Below are positions 14,641-27,144 of a DNA stretch of 64,000 bases, one piece after another. The notes beneath the pieces were generated by a model that saw only the letters and a list, made by a program, of their open reading frames with translations, did not search any database and was not told the origin of the DNA. The translations under genes and the position numbers were made by a program. The stretch covers positions 69,626,001 through 69,690,000 of the forward strand of contig OZ024747.1 in NCBI GenBank assembly GCA_964016885.1, given 5' to 3'. The first letter of the stretch is position 1. Each line of letters begins with the position of its first letter. This DNA is from Eledone cirrhosa (lineage: Eukaryota).

Positions 14641-15082
14641 CATAACTGAATAACAGATAAACACAAAACCAATGAAATCTAATCTAAAATACAGAAGACA
14701 CCACACTAGCAAACATTAAATCTGCAATGGGCCAATGAAAAAGAAGAGCATTTAAACCCCAATCAATTGCAATAGAAACCAAGTCTCTCTCTCAATCACT
14801 ACCTTCTTAAACAAATCAAGGATATATTGAATAAAGTTTTACTAAAAACATTATGTCATACAAGAAAAAGAAATAGTATTGTCACTGTTGAAACAGGTAT
14901 GTGGGATCAGATCTGCTGCATAGTTGTACAAACTGTTCATTATAGTACAGAAGTTTCCTTCAACAAACCCAAACTACATAACATCTTGAAACCAATTCAT
15001 AGATGTTTTTAGCTCCCTATTTTACAATAACATTCATTATATGATAGAATTAAATTAGCAAAGGTTCACACACACGGACACA

Positions 15083-15424
15083 CATCATCATCATCATCAT
15101 CATCATCATCACCGTTTTACGTCCGTTCTTCCACGCTAGCATGGGTTAGACGGGTTGTCCTGTTGTGGGCAGTGTCTGGTCGGCTGACCATGCCTTGCTG
15201 ATACAGGAACTGATCTGGCTTGATTTCTACAGCTGGATGCCCTTCCTAACACCAACCTCATTTACAGTGAGTGCTGGGTGCTTTTTCGTGGCGCCTACAC
15301 GTCCACTTTACAGTGTGGGCTGGGTGCTTTTTTGCCGTGGCACCTCCACGACCACCTTGCGGTGGGGGGGGGGGGGGGCATATTGTTTATATGCTTCAGC
15401 ATGTACCCATGGGAGGTCGGGTAC
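15083..15424 (-). mobile_element. RTE LINE subfamily A, 3'UTR-only fragment
   Basis: Near-identical reverse complement of 20612-20946 with (GAT)n tail. Confidence 0.92.
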
Positions 15425-15544
15425 ATATATATATATATAGCACTAACAGTTTTGCAACATGAATGGACCTGTTATTTTTATCTAAAGACATTTTTTCCAA
15501 TTCCATCCTGCCCGTACCCTCAATCTATCTTATTTCTCATTCTT

Positions 15545-15580
15545 TCTTCTGATGAAGGACTAGCGTCCAAAACGTTAAGA
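15545..15580 (+). ncRNA. Minimal type I hammerhead motif, core G12 mutated, in a Penelope-like fragment (about 15440-15672)
   Basis: TCTT-CTGATGA-A-GGAC tagc GTCC-AAA(GAA expected)-ACGT-T-AAGA; stems I and II pair, stem III palindromic. Confidence 0.6.
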
Positions 15581-15689
15581 CCCTCTTCCTGCTATATCAA
15601 GCATTAATCTAATATATATACCTTCCATATACTGTACCGATTGTGTTGTTATTTCTGTTTACCTTTTACATACATATATATATATAGAG

Positions 15690-16302
15690 AGAGAAAACTA
15701 CGTTGGTTTGGTCACGTGATGCGCATGAAAGACGACAGCTGTATAAAAAAGTGCAGGGCGATCAAAATTGATGGAAGCTATGGAGTAGGAAGACCCAGAA
15801 AAACCTGGGACGATTTGATAAATTCCGCCTTACACACTTACACCTCTCCAATACTATGTCATTGGACCAAGATCTTTGGCGCTACGCAGTAATACAGAAG
15901 ACCCGCCTTGCCTAAGTACAAAGGGAAACCTACAGTCAGTAGGCACCTCCTAACCAAAAATACACCCCGTCCCACTACCTCTACCCCCACCCCTTTCTCT
16001 GTAAAGTTATGTTGGTGCCACAACATCCAGTCCTAAATAAATGAGGTCGTGTAGGTGTCACGACAAAAAAAAAAACACAGTCCACGCTGTAATGTGGCCG
16101 TGTAGGTAACACGGTAAAAACCTCCCAGCCCACACTGTAAACGTAGTTGGTGTTAGGAAGGGCATCCAACTGTAGAAAACCTGCCAGACAGTCCTATATG
16201 AGCAAGACAACCAATCTTGCCTCACATGGGACAATTCCCATCTAAACCCATGCTAGCGTGGAAGATAGACGTTAAATGATGATGATGATGATGATGATGA
16301 TG
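15690..16302 (+). mobile_element. RTE LINE, B-related diverged 3' fragment
   Basis: RKLRWFGHVMRMKDDSC...GRPRKTW, frameshifted; B-type 3'UTR; (GAT)n tail. Confidence 0.9.
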
Positions 16303-16618
16303 GATAGATAGATAGATAGATAGATTCATGAATGATATATCTATGTATAGTGTAAACTAAAATGCTGCTCATAAAGGAATATTTGTGAATAAGACTTTTA
16401 CTGGGAATGTAGGACCTCGACAAAGTATACTGTTCTAGGAAAATACATGATGATGATGATGATGGATAGATAGATGGATAAATAGATAGATAGATTCATG
16501 AATGATATATCTATGTATAGTGTAAACTAAAATGCTGCTCATAAAGGAATATTTGTGAATAAGATTTTTACTGGGAATGTAGGACCTCTACAAAGTATAC
16601 TGTTCTAGGAAAATACAT
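16287..16618 (+). repeat. Tandem duplication of about 165-170 bp beginning in the LINE (GAT)n tail
   Basis: 16287-16448 repeated at 16449-16618 with 2 substitutions outside the microsatellite part. Confidence 0.9.
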
Positions 16619-17939
16619 AAGTAAAGAAAAATAATAAACAATAAAGAAACAAAACATTATAACTGACAGTGAAATTTACGATCTTATTAATGTTAATTAT
16701 TCAAGTGACAGAGTGCATTTTAGTGTGTATCAGTATAGGTGTGCAAGGGAGAGATCGATGTCTTTCAACAATTGGGATATTAACTAGTCTTTGTAAATAA
16801 AGCCACTGCAAAAAGTCTGCAATAAGATTTTTAAGCAAATACATAGTGCTGTAGAATCACAGGAAGCTAACAACAGTAATAGACTGAGAGAGCAAAGTGA
16901 ACTCATTTGACATGTTCTGCTATGGGAAGTTTATGATAGCAGCAAGTGTCTGTCATAAAACAAGTAGAAAAAGTTAGCCTGTTGCGAAAATTTAAATTTC
17001 CAACTACTTATATATATATATTCAATTGTAAGGAGAGAGAGAATAGCCCATTTCTTCTTTTTTCTTTTCTGAAATGTGTTGTCTCCTGGTGAGTATTGGA
17101 AAGGAAAAAAATGTTAAGAAAACAATAGTTTTAAATACGATTTGCAATTTTGATTTGAATGTAGATTATGCACATTAATTACATTTGCAATGTCAGTTAG
17201 TGCAAATACTGGAAGCATTTTAAAACAATTCATCTTTGAGTTAAGGAAACAGCTTTCACTTGCCATTTGTTTAATATTTACTACTTCAGCATAACTTAAG
17301 CACAACTCATACGATAAAAGATGGTCTGCAATTAGATTGAATAGATTTTGAATTGGTCACCCAATATTTATATTGATTACACGATCACAAAACTGTAAAA
17401 AGTTTTAGATGCTATTGATTATTCTGGAGAAATATTTTTCCTTGATTTCTGACTTGAAGTTTGGATTATTGATGTGATTTGGCAGTTAGTTTAATTCGTA
17501 AAAAAATATCAGTTTAGTCTCTCACTTCTAACAACTGAAAGAAAAATGCTTTGAAATATACTTTATCTAGCAGATGAGGTTTAAAAGTTTCATATTCATA
17601 TGAAATAAAGTATTTTTCAACATACTTTAAAAATGAGTAAATTTTTACATTTCCCTTAGCTTCCTTAATCAATCAACCCATCACATTATTTAAAATCTAT
17701 TAAAATGATGAAACACGTGGCCAAGCAAAATGGTCAGCAGTTACACAACAACCAAGAGAAGCAGGGTTTGATTCCTTGCAGGCACTTCTGCTACTTTTTA
17801 TCCATCCCCAGTTGAACTTTACCTAAGTTGCTCAACTATTGTTATGGCTATTTGCATTGGGACACATGCACTGTTTTTGCATATATATATACTTATATAT
17901 ACATATATATATATATGTGTGTGTGTGTGTATATATGTG

Positions 17940-17986
<47 letters not shown>

Positions 17987-17988
<2 letters not shown>

Positions 17989-18194
17989 TCATGTAGGAGA
18001 CATGGTAAAAAGGCTCCCAGTCCACACTGTAAATGTGGTTAGTGTTACGAAGGGCATCCAGCCATAGAAAACCTGCCAGGGACAGTTCTGTACAAACCTG
18101 ACATGGTCTCCCAACCAATACTGCATCAAGTGGAACAAAACCATCTAATCCATGCTAGCGTGGAAGATGGATGTTAAACAATGATGATGATGAT
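17987..18194 (+). mobile_element. Older RTE-type 3' end fragment
   Basis: ccacactgtaaatgtgg..gaagggcatccagcc..ccatgctagcgtgga..(GAT)n. Confidence 0.8.
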
Positions 18195-18271
18195 ATACAT
18201 ATGTATATATACATGATATACATATGTATATATACATATGTATATATACATATGTATATATACATATATAC

Positions 18272-20641
18272 ACAAAAGCCTTCCCTAGTGAGGAATGTAC
18301 ATCCCAACATAGCTTAGTTGTCAGCGACCTCACGGTCAGAACTAGACGAGCCCTGAAACAGAGGCCAACCTGGAGAAGAAAGATCTGGAAGCTGAAAGTC
18401 CCCTCAACCAGTAACAGATTTAAAGATATTTTACTCAACGCCTACGACAGTAAAGAAGAACAGATAGAGACATTTAACGTAGAAGAGAACTGGGAGTTCC
18501 TAAAAAATAACTTACTAGAGGCGACGGATGAGGTTTGTGGCTGGAGTAAGACCTCAAGCAGGAGGAGAGTGACTTGGTGGTGGAACAATAAGGTAGATGA
18601 AGCAGTCAAGGCCAAGAGACAGGCATGGAAAGAATGGAAGAACGGGGGGAGCAGGGTACATTACATAGAGACCAAGAGGGAAGCTAGGCGACAAGTATAC
18701 TTAGCTAGGAGGGAAGCAGAGGATAGAAAATTCAAGCATGTTTTACAACGTGAGGACCAGAAACAGGAGGTATTCAAGATTGCGAGGCAGTGTGTCAGAG
18801 ATAGTTGTGATGTCATTGGAGAGAAGTGTATCCGGAATGATAAAGGTGAGCTTGCCCTCACAAGTGCTGAGAAGAAAGATGCATGGAAGAGTCATTATGA
18901 TAGATTACTAAATGAGGAGAATGCATGGGAAGAAGAGACCCTACCCCACGTAGACCCTATAGAGGGACCAGCAGTACAAGTCAGCGGCAGCGTAGTAAGT
19001 AAGGCAATCAGAGATATGAAGATAGGGAAGGCAACCGGTCCATCGGGTATAGCTGCCGAGATGATGAAGGCATCTGGGTCTGTAGGTCACACTATAACCA
19101 CACGTATCGTTAACCAGGTAATACTAGAGGGGGCCATACCAAAAGATTGGTGCAGTAGCATCATTGTCAACTGCTACAAAGGTAAAGGCGATGCACTAGA
19201 TAGAGGAAACTATAGAGGTATAAAGTTGATGGACCAGGTCATGAAAGTAACAGAAAGAGTTATAGCACAGCTGATTAGGGACCGGGTGAATATAGACGAG
19301 ATGCAATTTGGGTTTGTTCCAGGGAAAGGCACCACTGATGCGCTCTTCCTTGTGAGGCAATTACAGGAAAAGTACCTAGCTAAAAGTAAGCCACTCTACT
19401 TGGCATTTGTCGACCTTGAGAAAGCCTTTGACAGAGTTCCACGTGCAGTAATCTGGTGGGCTCTTAGAAAACTAGGAGTAGATGAATGGCTTGTGAAAGC
19501 GGTACAAGCCATGTATAGGGGAGCAGTCAGCAAAGTTAGGATTGGCAATGAGTATAGCGAGGAATTTAGCGTACAGGTTGGGGTCCACCAGGGCTCTGTT
19601 CTTAGCCCTCTCCTGTTCATCATAGTCCTGCAGGCAATAACGGAGGAGTTTAAGACCGGATGCCCATGGGAACTCCTGTATGCTGATGACCTCGCACTCA
19701 TAGCTGAATCTATGGTAGAACTAGAGAATAAATTCCAAACCTGGAAGCAGGGACTAGAGAGAAAGGGCCTCAAAGTCAACATGACAAAGACTAAGGTCCT
19801 TATAAGTAGACGAGAAAACAGAACCCAGATCCCCTCAGGGAAATGGCCTTGCTCAGTATGTAGGAAAGGTGTAGGTAGGAACTCCATTCTTTGCCCCAAA
19901 TGCAAACAATGGGTACACAAGAGATGTAGCGGGATCTCAGGAAGCTTAATTAAGAATGTAGGATTCACATGCAGCAGCTGTGCTGAAACAGCAAGCAAAC
20001 AGCCACAGGAAACAAGTACCACCAATCTCTGGGAGGGCCCTGTAGAAACAGTAGACAGCTTCTGCTACCTAGGTGACCGAATTAGCAACGGAGGTGGGTG
20101 CTCAGAAAGTACAATAACTAGGGTAAGAACGGGATGGAAGAAGTTTAGGGAACTACTACCACTGCTAGCTGCAAAAGGCTTCTCCCTCAGAATGAAAGGC
20201 AGACTGTATGATGCGTGTATCCGAACAGCGATGTTGCATGGTAGTGAGACCTGGGCGCTGAAGGTGGAAGACTTACGTAGATTAGAGAGAAACGAAGCCT
20301 GCATGCTCCGATGGATGTGTAACAGTAATATATGTGAACGACAAAGCATAAATGAATTGAGAGAGAGACTGAGCATAAGAGGAATCAAATGCTGCGTGCA
20401 GGAGAGGCGGTTACGCTGGTATGGACATGTGATGCGTATGAAGGATGACAGCTGCATAAAAAGGTGCAGAGCACTAGAAGTTGATGGAAACCGCGGAGTG
20501 GGGAGACCCAAGATGACTTGGGATGAGGTGATAAAAGCCGACCTTACCCAACTACACCTCTCAAAGTCAATGACACACGACCGTGACTTCTGGCGTCACG
20601 CAGTAATACAGGGTACCCGACCTCCCATGGGTACATGCTGA
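18272..20641 (+). CDS. RTE ORF, partial: end of APE endonuclease, RT with embedded PHD-type finger, C-terminal domain
   Basis: QHSLVVSD (EN end), [45 protein letters not shown] at about 19676-19690, FCYLG, LRWYGHV, GRP; the ORF-track ATG at 18224 lies in microsatellite, so the true start is missing. Confidence 0.93.
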   Translation, partial: TKAFPSEECTSQHSLVVSDLTVRTRRALKQRPTWRRKIWKLKVPSTSNRFKDILLNAYDSKEEQIETFNVEENWEFLKNNLLEATDEVCGWSKTSSRRRVTWWWNNKVDEAVKAKRQAWKEWKNGGSRVHYIETKREARRQVYLARREAEDRKFKHVLQREDQKQEVFKIARQCVRDSCDVIGEKCIRNDKGELALTSAEKKDAWKSHYDRLLNEENAWEEETLPHVDPIEGPAVQVSGSVVSKAIRDMKIGKATGPSGIAAEMMKASGSVGHTITTRIVNQVILEGAIPKDWCSSIIVNCYKGKGDALDRGNYRGIKLMDQVMKVTERVIAQLIRDRVNIDEMQFGFVPGKGTTDALFLVRQLQEKYLAKSKPLYLAFVDLEKAFDRVPRAVIWWALRKLGVDEWLVKAVQAMYRGAVSKVRIGNEYSEEFSVQVGVHQGSVLSPLLFIIVLQAITEEFKTGCPWELLYADDLALIAESMVELENKFQTWKQGLERKGLKVNMTKTKVLISRRENRTQIPSGKWPCSVCRKGVGRNSILCPKCKQWVHKRCSGISGSLIKNVGFTCSSCAETASKQPQETSTTNLWEGPVETVDSFCYLGDRISNGGGCSESTITRVRTGWKKFRELLPLLAAKGFSLRMKGRLYDACIRTAMLHGSETWALKVEDLRRLERNEACMLRWMCNSNICERQSINELRERLSIRGIKCCVQERRLRWYGHVMRMKDDSCIKRCRALEVDGNRGVGRPKMTWDEVIKADLTQLHLSKSMTHDRDFWRHAVIQGTRPPMGTC

Positions 20642-20946
20642 AGCATATAAACAATATGCCCCCCCCCCCACCGCAAGGTGGTCGTGGAGGTGCCACGGCA
20701 AAAAAGCACCCAGCCCACACTGTAAAGTGGACGTGTAGGCGCCACGAAAAAGCACCCAGCACTCACTGTAAATGAGGTTGGTGTTAGGAAGGGCATCCAG
20801 CTGTAGAAATCAAGCCAGATCAGTTCCTGTATGAGCAAGGCATGGTCAGCCGACCAGACACTGCCCACAACAGGACAACCCGTCTAACCCATGCTAGCGT
20901 GGAAGAACGGACGTAAAACGGTGATGATGATGATGATGATGATGAT
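18272..20946 (+). mobile_element. RTE LINE subfamily A, longest copy, 5'-truncated within the endonuclease
   Basis: Uninterrupted ORF, 3'UTR of about 280 bp, (GAT)n tail, flanked by TA-rich repeats. Confidence 0.96.
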
Positions 20947-21010
20947 ATATTTATGTATATATATATATATATATATTTATATATAGGTATATATATATAT
21001 TTATATATGT

Positions 21011-21156
21011 TTGGTGTTAGGAAGGGCATCCAGCCGTAGAAAACCCGGCATACAGTCCTATGCGAGCAAGACAACCACTCTTGCCTCAAGTGGGAAAACT
21101 CCCGTCCAAACCCATGCGACCGTGGAATATGGACGTTAAACGAAGATGATGATGAT
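21011..21156 (+). mobile_element. RTE subfamily B extreme 3' fragment
   Basis: Matches 26470-26624; flanked by (TA)n. Confidence 0.85.
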
Positions 21157-21172
21157 AAATAGGTAGATATAT

Positions 21173-21236
<64 letters not shown>

Positions 21237-21237
21237 G

Positions 21238-21269
<32 letters not shown>

Positions 21270-21272
<3 letters not shown>

Positions 21273-21539
21273 TCATTCATCATCATCATTTCATTTTACG
21301 TCCGCTTTTTTCCTGCTTGCAAGGGTGAGACGGTAACTGATTCTGGCTTGGTTTCTACAGCTGGATGCCCTTCCTAACACCAACCTCATTTACAGTGAGT
21401 GCTGGGTGCTTTTTTACCGTGGCACCTCCACGACCACTTTGCAGTGGAATGATAGGGACCTCAGTCCCTATCATCTCATTTCTACAGCTGAGTAAACTGG
21501 AGCAATGTGAAATAAAGTGTCTTGCTCAAGGAAACAACA
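21270..21539 (-). mobile_element. CORE-type SINE, short-tail variant, tRNA head missing
   Basis: Reverse complement of 23775-24041; ends in (TA)n. Confidence 0.88.
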
Positions 21540-22181
<642 letters not shown>

Positions 22182-22234
22182 GTCCCACCCTTGCAAGCAG
22201 GTAAAAGCGGACGTAAAATGATGATGATGATGAT
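22182..22234 (+). mobile_element. Minimal SINE 3' terminus (hairpin plus tail only)
   Basis: gtcccacccttgcaagcaggtaaaagcggacgtaaaat(gat)n matches 23984-24041. Confidence 0.8.
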
Positions 22235-22237
22235 ATA

Positions 22238-22286
<49 letters not shown>

Positions 22287-22350
22287 GTATATATATGTAT
22301 ATATGTATATATATATATATATGTGTGTATATATATATATATATATGTAT

Positions 22351-23621
22351 AAAAAGCCTTAAAATTAACCTAGCTAAGACTAAAGTTCTAGTTTGTAAGA
22401 AAGAAAATAATGCGGCAGTCCCCTCCGGGAAGTGGCCATGCGCAGAGTGTAGGAAAGGCGTAGGTAGAAATTCCATTTTGTGTCACAAATGCAAAGTTTG
22501 GGTGCATAAAAGATGTAGTGGGATCACAGGTAAGCTAACTAAGAACATAGATTTTACATGTGGCCGGTGTTCTGGGGATATAAGTAGCAGCAAGTGCCCA
22601 CAGATTACTAGCTCTTTCAACTGCGCAGAGGGTTCTATAGAAATAGTGGACAGCTTCCGTTACCTGGGTGACAAAATCAGCAGTGGCGGAGGGTGCTCTG
22701 AAAGTACAGTAGCTAGAGTAAGAACTGGGTGGAAAAAGTTCAGAGAGCTTATACCACTATTAGCCGCTAAAGGGTTCTCCCTAAAAATGAAAGGCAGGCT
22801 GTACGATGCCTGCATACGAACAGCAATGTTGCATGGCAGTGAGACCTGGGCATTGTGTGCAGAGGATATATGCAGACTAGAGAGAAACGAAGCTTGCATG
22901 CTCCGCTGGATGTTTAATAGTAATATACGTGAACGACAAAGCATAAATGAACTAAGGAAAAAATTAGAAATAAGAGGGATCAGATGTTGTTTACTAGAGA
23001 GAAGGCTACGTTGGTATGGTCACGTGATACGCATGAAGGATGATAGCTGTATAACAAAGTGCAGGGCAATAAAGATAGACGGTAGCCACGGAATAGGCAG
23101 ACCCAGAGAAACCTGGGACGAGCTGATAAACTCCGACCTCACACACTTACACCTCACCAAGACAATGTCACTGGACCGAGACCTTTGGCGGTACTCAGTA
23201 ATAGAGAAGACCCGCCTTACCTAAATACAAAGTAAAACCTACTACAGTCAGTAGGCATCTCTAACAAAATACACCCCCGTCCCACCTCCTCACCCCATTC
23301 ACACCGCCCCCTTCTATGTAAAGTTATGTTGGTGCCACACCATCGAGGCCGAAACAAATGAGATCGTGTAGGTGTCACGACAAAAAAACACACAGTCCAC
23401 GCTGTAATGTGGCCGTGTAGGCAACACGGTAAAAACCTCCCAGACCCACACTGTAAATGTGGTTGGTGTTAGGAAGGGCATCCAACTGTAGAAAACCTGC
23501 CAGACAGTCCTATGCGAGCAAGACAATCGCTCTTGCCTCAAGTGGGAATACCCCCGTCCAAACGCATGCAAGCGTGGAACACGGACGTTAAACGTTGATG
23601 ATGATCATGATGATGATGATG
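22351..23621 (+). mobile_element. RTE LINE subfamily B, 5'-truncated
   Basis: ORF from LKINLAKTK through the PHD-like finger, FRYLG and LRWYGHV to stop 23224; 3'UTR; (GAT)n. Confidence 0.95.
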
Positions 23622-23697
23622 TATATATATATATGTGTATATATATATGTATATATATATGTGTATATATATATATGTATATATATATGTGTACATA

Positions 23698-24041
23698 GGA
23701 GGCACATGGCTTAGTGGTTAGAGCATTGGCCTTGCAATCGAAAGGTTGTGAGTTCAATTCTCAGACCGGGTGGTGTGTTGTTCCCTTGAGCAAGACACTT
23801 TATTTCACATTGCTCCAGTTTACTCAGCTGTAGAAATGAGATGCTAGGGACTGAGGTCCTTATCATTCCACTGCAAAGTGGTCGTGTAGTTGCCACGGCA
23901 AAAAAGCACCCAGCACTCACTGTAAATGAGGTTGGTGTTAGGAAGGGCATCCAGCTGTAGAAATCAAGCCAGTATCAGTTCCCGTCCCACCCTTGCAAGC
24001 AGGGAAAAGCGGACGTAAAATGAAATGATGATGATGATGAT
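23698..24041 (+). mobile_element. Full-length tRNA-derived CORE-type SINE with RTE-like 3' end
   Basis: A box TGGCTTAGTGG, B box GAGTTCAATTC, CORE-like CCTTGAGCAAGACACTT..CAGTTTACTCAGCTGTAGAAATG, then a segment shared with the LINE A 3'UTR and a (GAT)n tail. Confidence 0.9.
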
Positions 24042-24744
<703 letters not shown>

Positions 24745-26624
24745 GAAGTGTGTACTAAATGATGATGGCGTACTCGCCATCACTGACGCTGATAAGAAGG
24801 TCGCTTGGAAGTGTCACTACGAGAGGCTACTAAATGAGGAGAATAAATGGGAGAAGGATAGTCTCCCCCAGATCGATCCAATAGAGGGACCAGCAGTGTT
24901 AGTTGAAGGTAGTATAATAAGTAAGGCGATCAAAGATATGAAGACGGGTAAGGCGGCTGGGCCTTCGGAAATAGTCGCTGAGATGCTGAAGGCCTCTGGA
25001 ACGGTGGGACACACCATGGTCACCCGGATAGTAAACCAAGTCATACAGAATGGGGTTGTTCCGAAGGACTGGCGTAGCAGCATCATCATTAACTGTTACA
25101 ATGTTAAAGGAGACGCCCTAGATAGGAGTAACTATAGAGGGATTAAATTAATCGACCAGGTCATGAAGGTCACGGAAAAAGTAATAGTGCAACTAATCAG
25201 AGAGAGAATCGATCTAGATGAAATGCAGTTTGGGTTTGTGTCAGGCAAAAGTACCACAGACGCTCTTTTCATAGTACGACAACTACAGGAGAAGTACCTA
25301 GCTAAAGGTAAGCCCCTCTACTTAGCTTTTCTCGACTTGGAGAAAGCCTTCGACAGAGGACAGAGTCCCCCGCTCCATTATCTGGTGGGCTCTTAGAAAA
25401 CTAGGCATTGACGAATGGCTTGTGAGGGCTATACAAGCCATGTATAAAGAAACAGTCAGCAAGGTTAGAATTAACAACGAATATAGTGAAGAGTTTAGCG
25501 TAAAAGTTGGCGTCCATCAGGGCTCTGTTCTCAGCCCACTACTATTTATTATTGCCCTTCAGGCTATAACAGAGGAGTTCAAGACAGGCTGCCCATGGGA
25601 ACTCCTATACGCAGACGACCTGACACTCATAGCGGAAGTTCTAGTTTGTAGGAAAGAAAATAAGGCGCCGGTCCCTTCCGGGAAATGGCCATGCTCAGTG
25701 TGTAGGAAAGGCGTAGGTAGAAACTCCATTTTATGTCCCAAATGCAAAGTATGGGTGCATAAAAGATGTAGTGGGATCACAGGTAAGCTAACTAAGAACA
25801 TAGATTTTACATGTGGCCGGTGCTCTGGTGCAATAAGTAGCAGCAAGTGCCCACAAAATACTAGCTCTTTCAACTGCGCAGAGGGTTCTATAGAAATAGT
25901 GAACAGCTTCCGTTACCTGAGTGACAAAATCAGCAGTGGGGGAGGGTGCTCCGAAAGTACAGTAGCTAGTGTCAGAACTGGATGGAAAAAGTTCAGAGAG
26001 CTTATACCACTATTAGCCGCTAAAGAGTTCTCCCTAAAAGTGAAAGGCAGGTTGTATGATGCCAGCATACGAACAGCAATGTTGCATGGCAGTGAGACCT
26101 GGGCATTGTGTGCAGAGGATATACGCAGACTATAAATTCCGACCTCACACACTTACCCCTCTCCAAGACAATGTCACTGGACCGAGAGCTTTGGTGGTAC
26201 TCAGTAATAGAGAAGACCCGCGTTACCTAAATACAAAGTAAAACCTACTACAGTCAGTAGGCATCTCTAACAAAATACACCCCCATCCCATCACCCCCAC
26301 CCCATCCACACCGCCCCTTTCAATGTAAAGTAATGTTGGTGCCACAAAATCCAGGCCGAAACAAATGAGATCGTGTAGGTGTCACGACAAAAAAACACAC
26401 AGTCCACGCTGTAATGTGACCGTGTAGGCAACACGGTAAAAACGTACCAGTCCCACACTGTAAACGTGGTTGGTGTTAGGAAGGGCATCCAACTGTAGAA
26501 AACCCGCCAGACAGTCCTATGCGAGCAAGACAACCACTCTTGCCTCAAGTGGGAAAACTCCCGTCCAAACCCATGCAAGCATGGAACACGAACGTTAAAC
26601 GATGATGATGATGATGATGATGAT
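24745..26624 (+). mobile_element. RTE LINE subfamily B, truncated, frameshifted, two internal deletions
   Basis: RT motifs in ORFs 24896-25396 and 25422-26135; 7-bp duplication GACAGAG near 25352; deletions near 25637 and 26132 relative to the 27145 copy. Confidence 0.95.

Positions 26625-27144
<520 letters not shown>

Noticed and set aside
19396-20511. Minus-strand ORFs of 209 and 148 aa (and equivalents at 27.5 and 43.2 kb)
   Set aside because: Antisense shadows of the RT ORF with no motifs
20643-20780. Spaced repeats resembling a CRISPR array
   Set aside because: Eukaryotic LINE 3'UTR; units are contiguous with no unique spacers and no cas genes
23698-23770. tRNA gene (TGC anticodon-like loop)
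   Set aside because: Acceptor stem does not pair and the sequence continues into a SINE body; it is a SINE head
23711-23950. Recurrent 78-79 aa [12 protein letters not shown]... at four loci
   Set aside because: Antisense reading of SINE copies; recurrence reflects repeat identity
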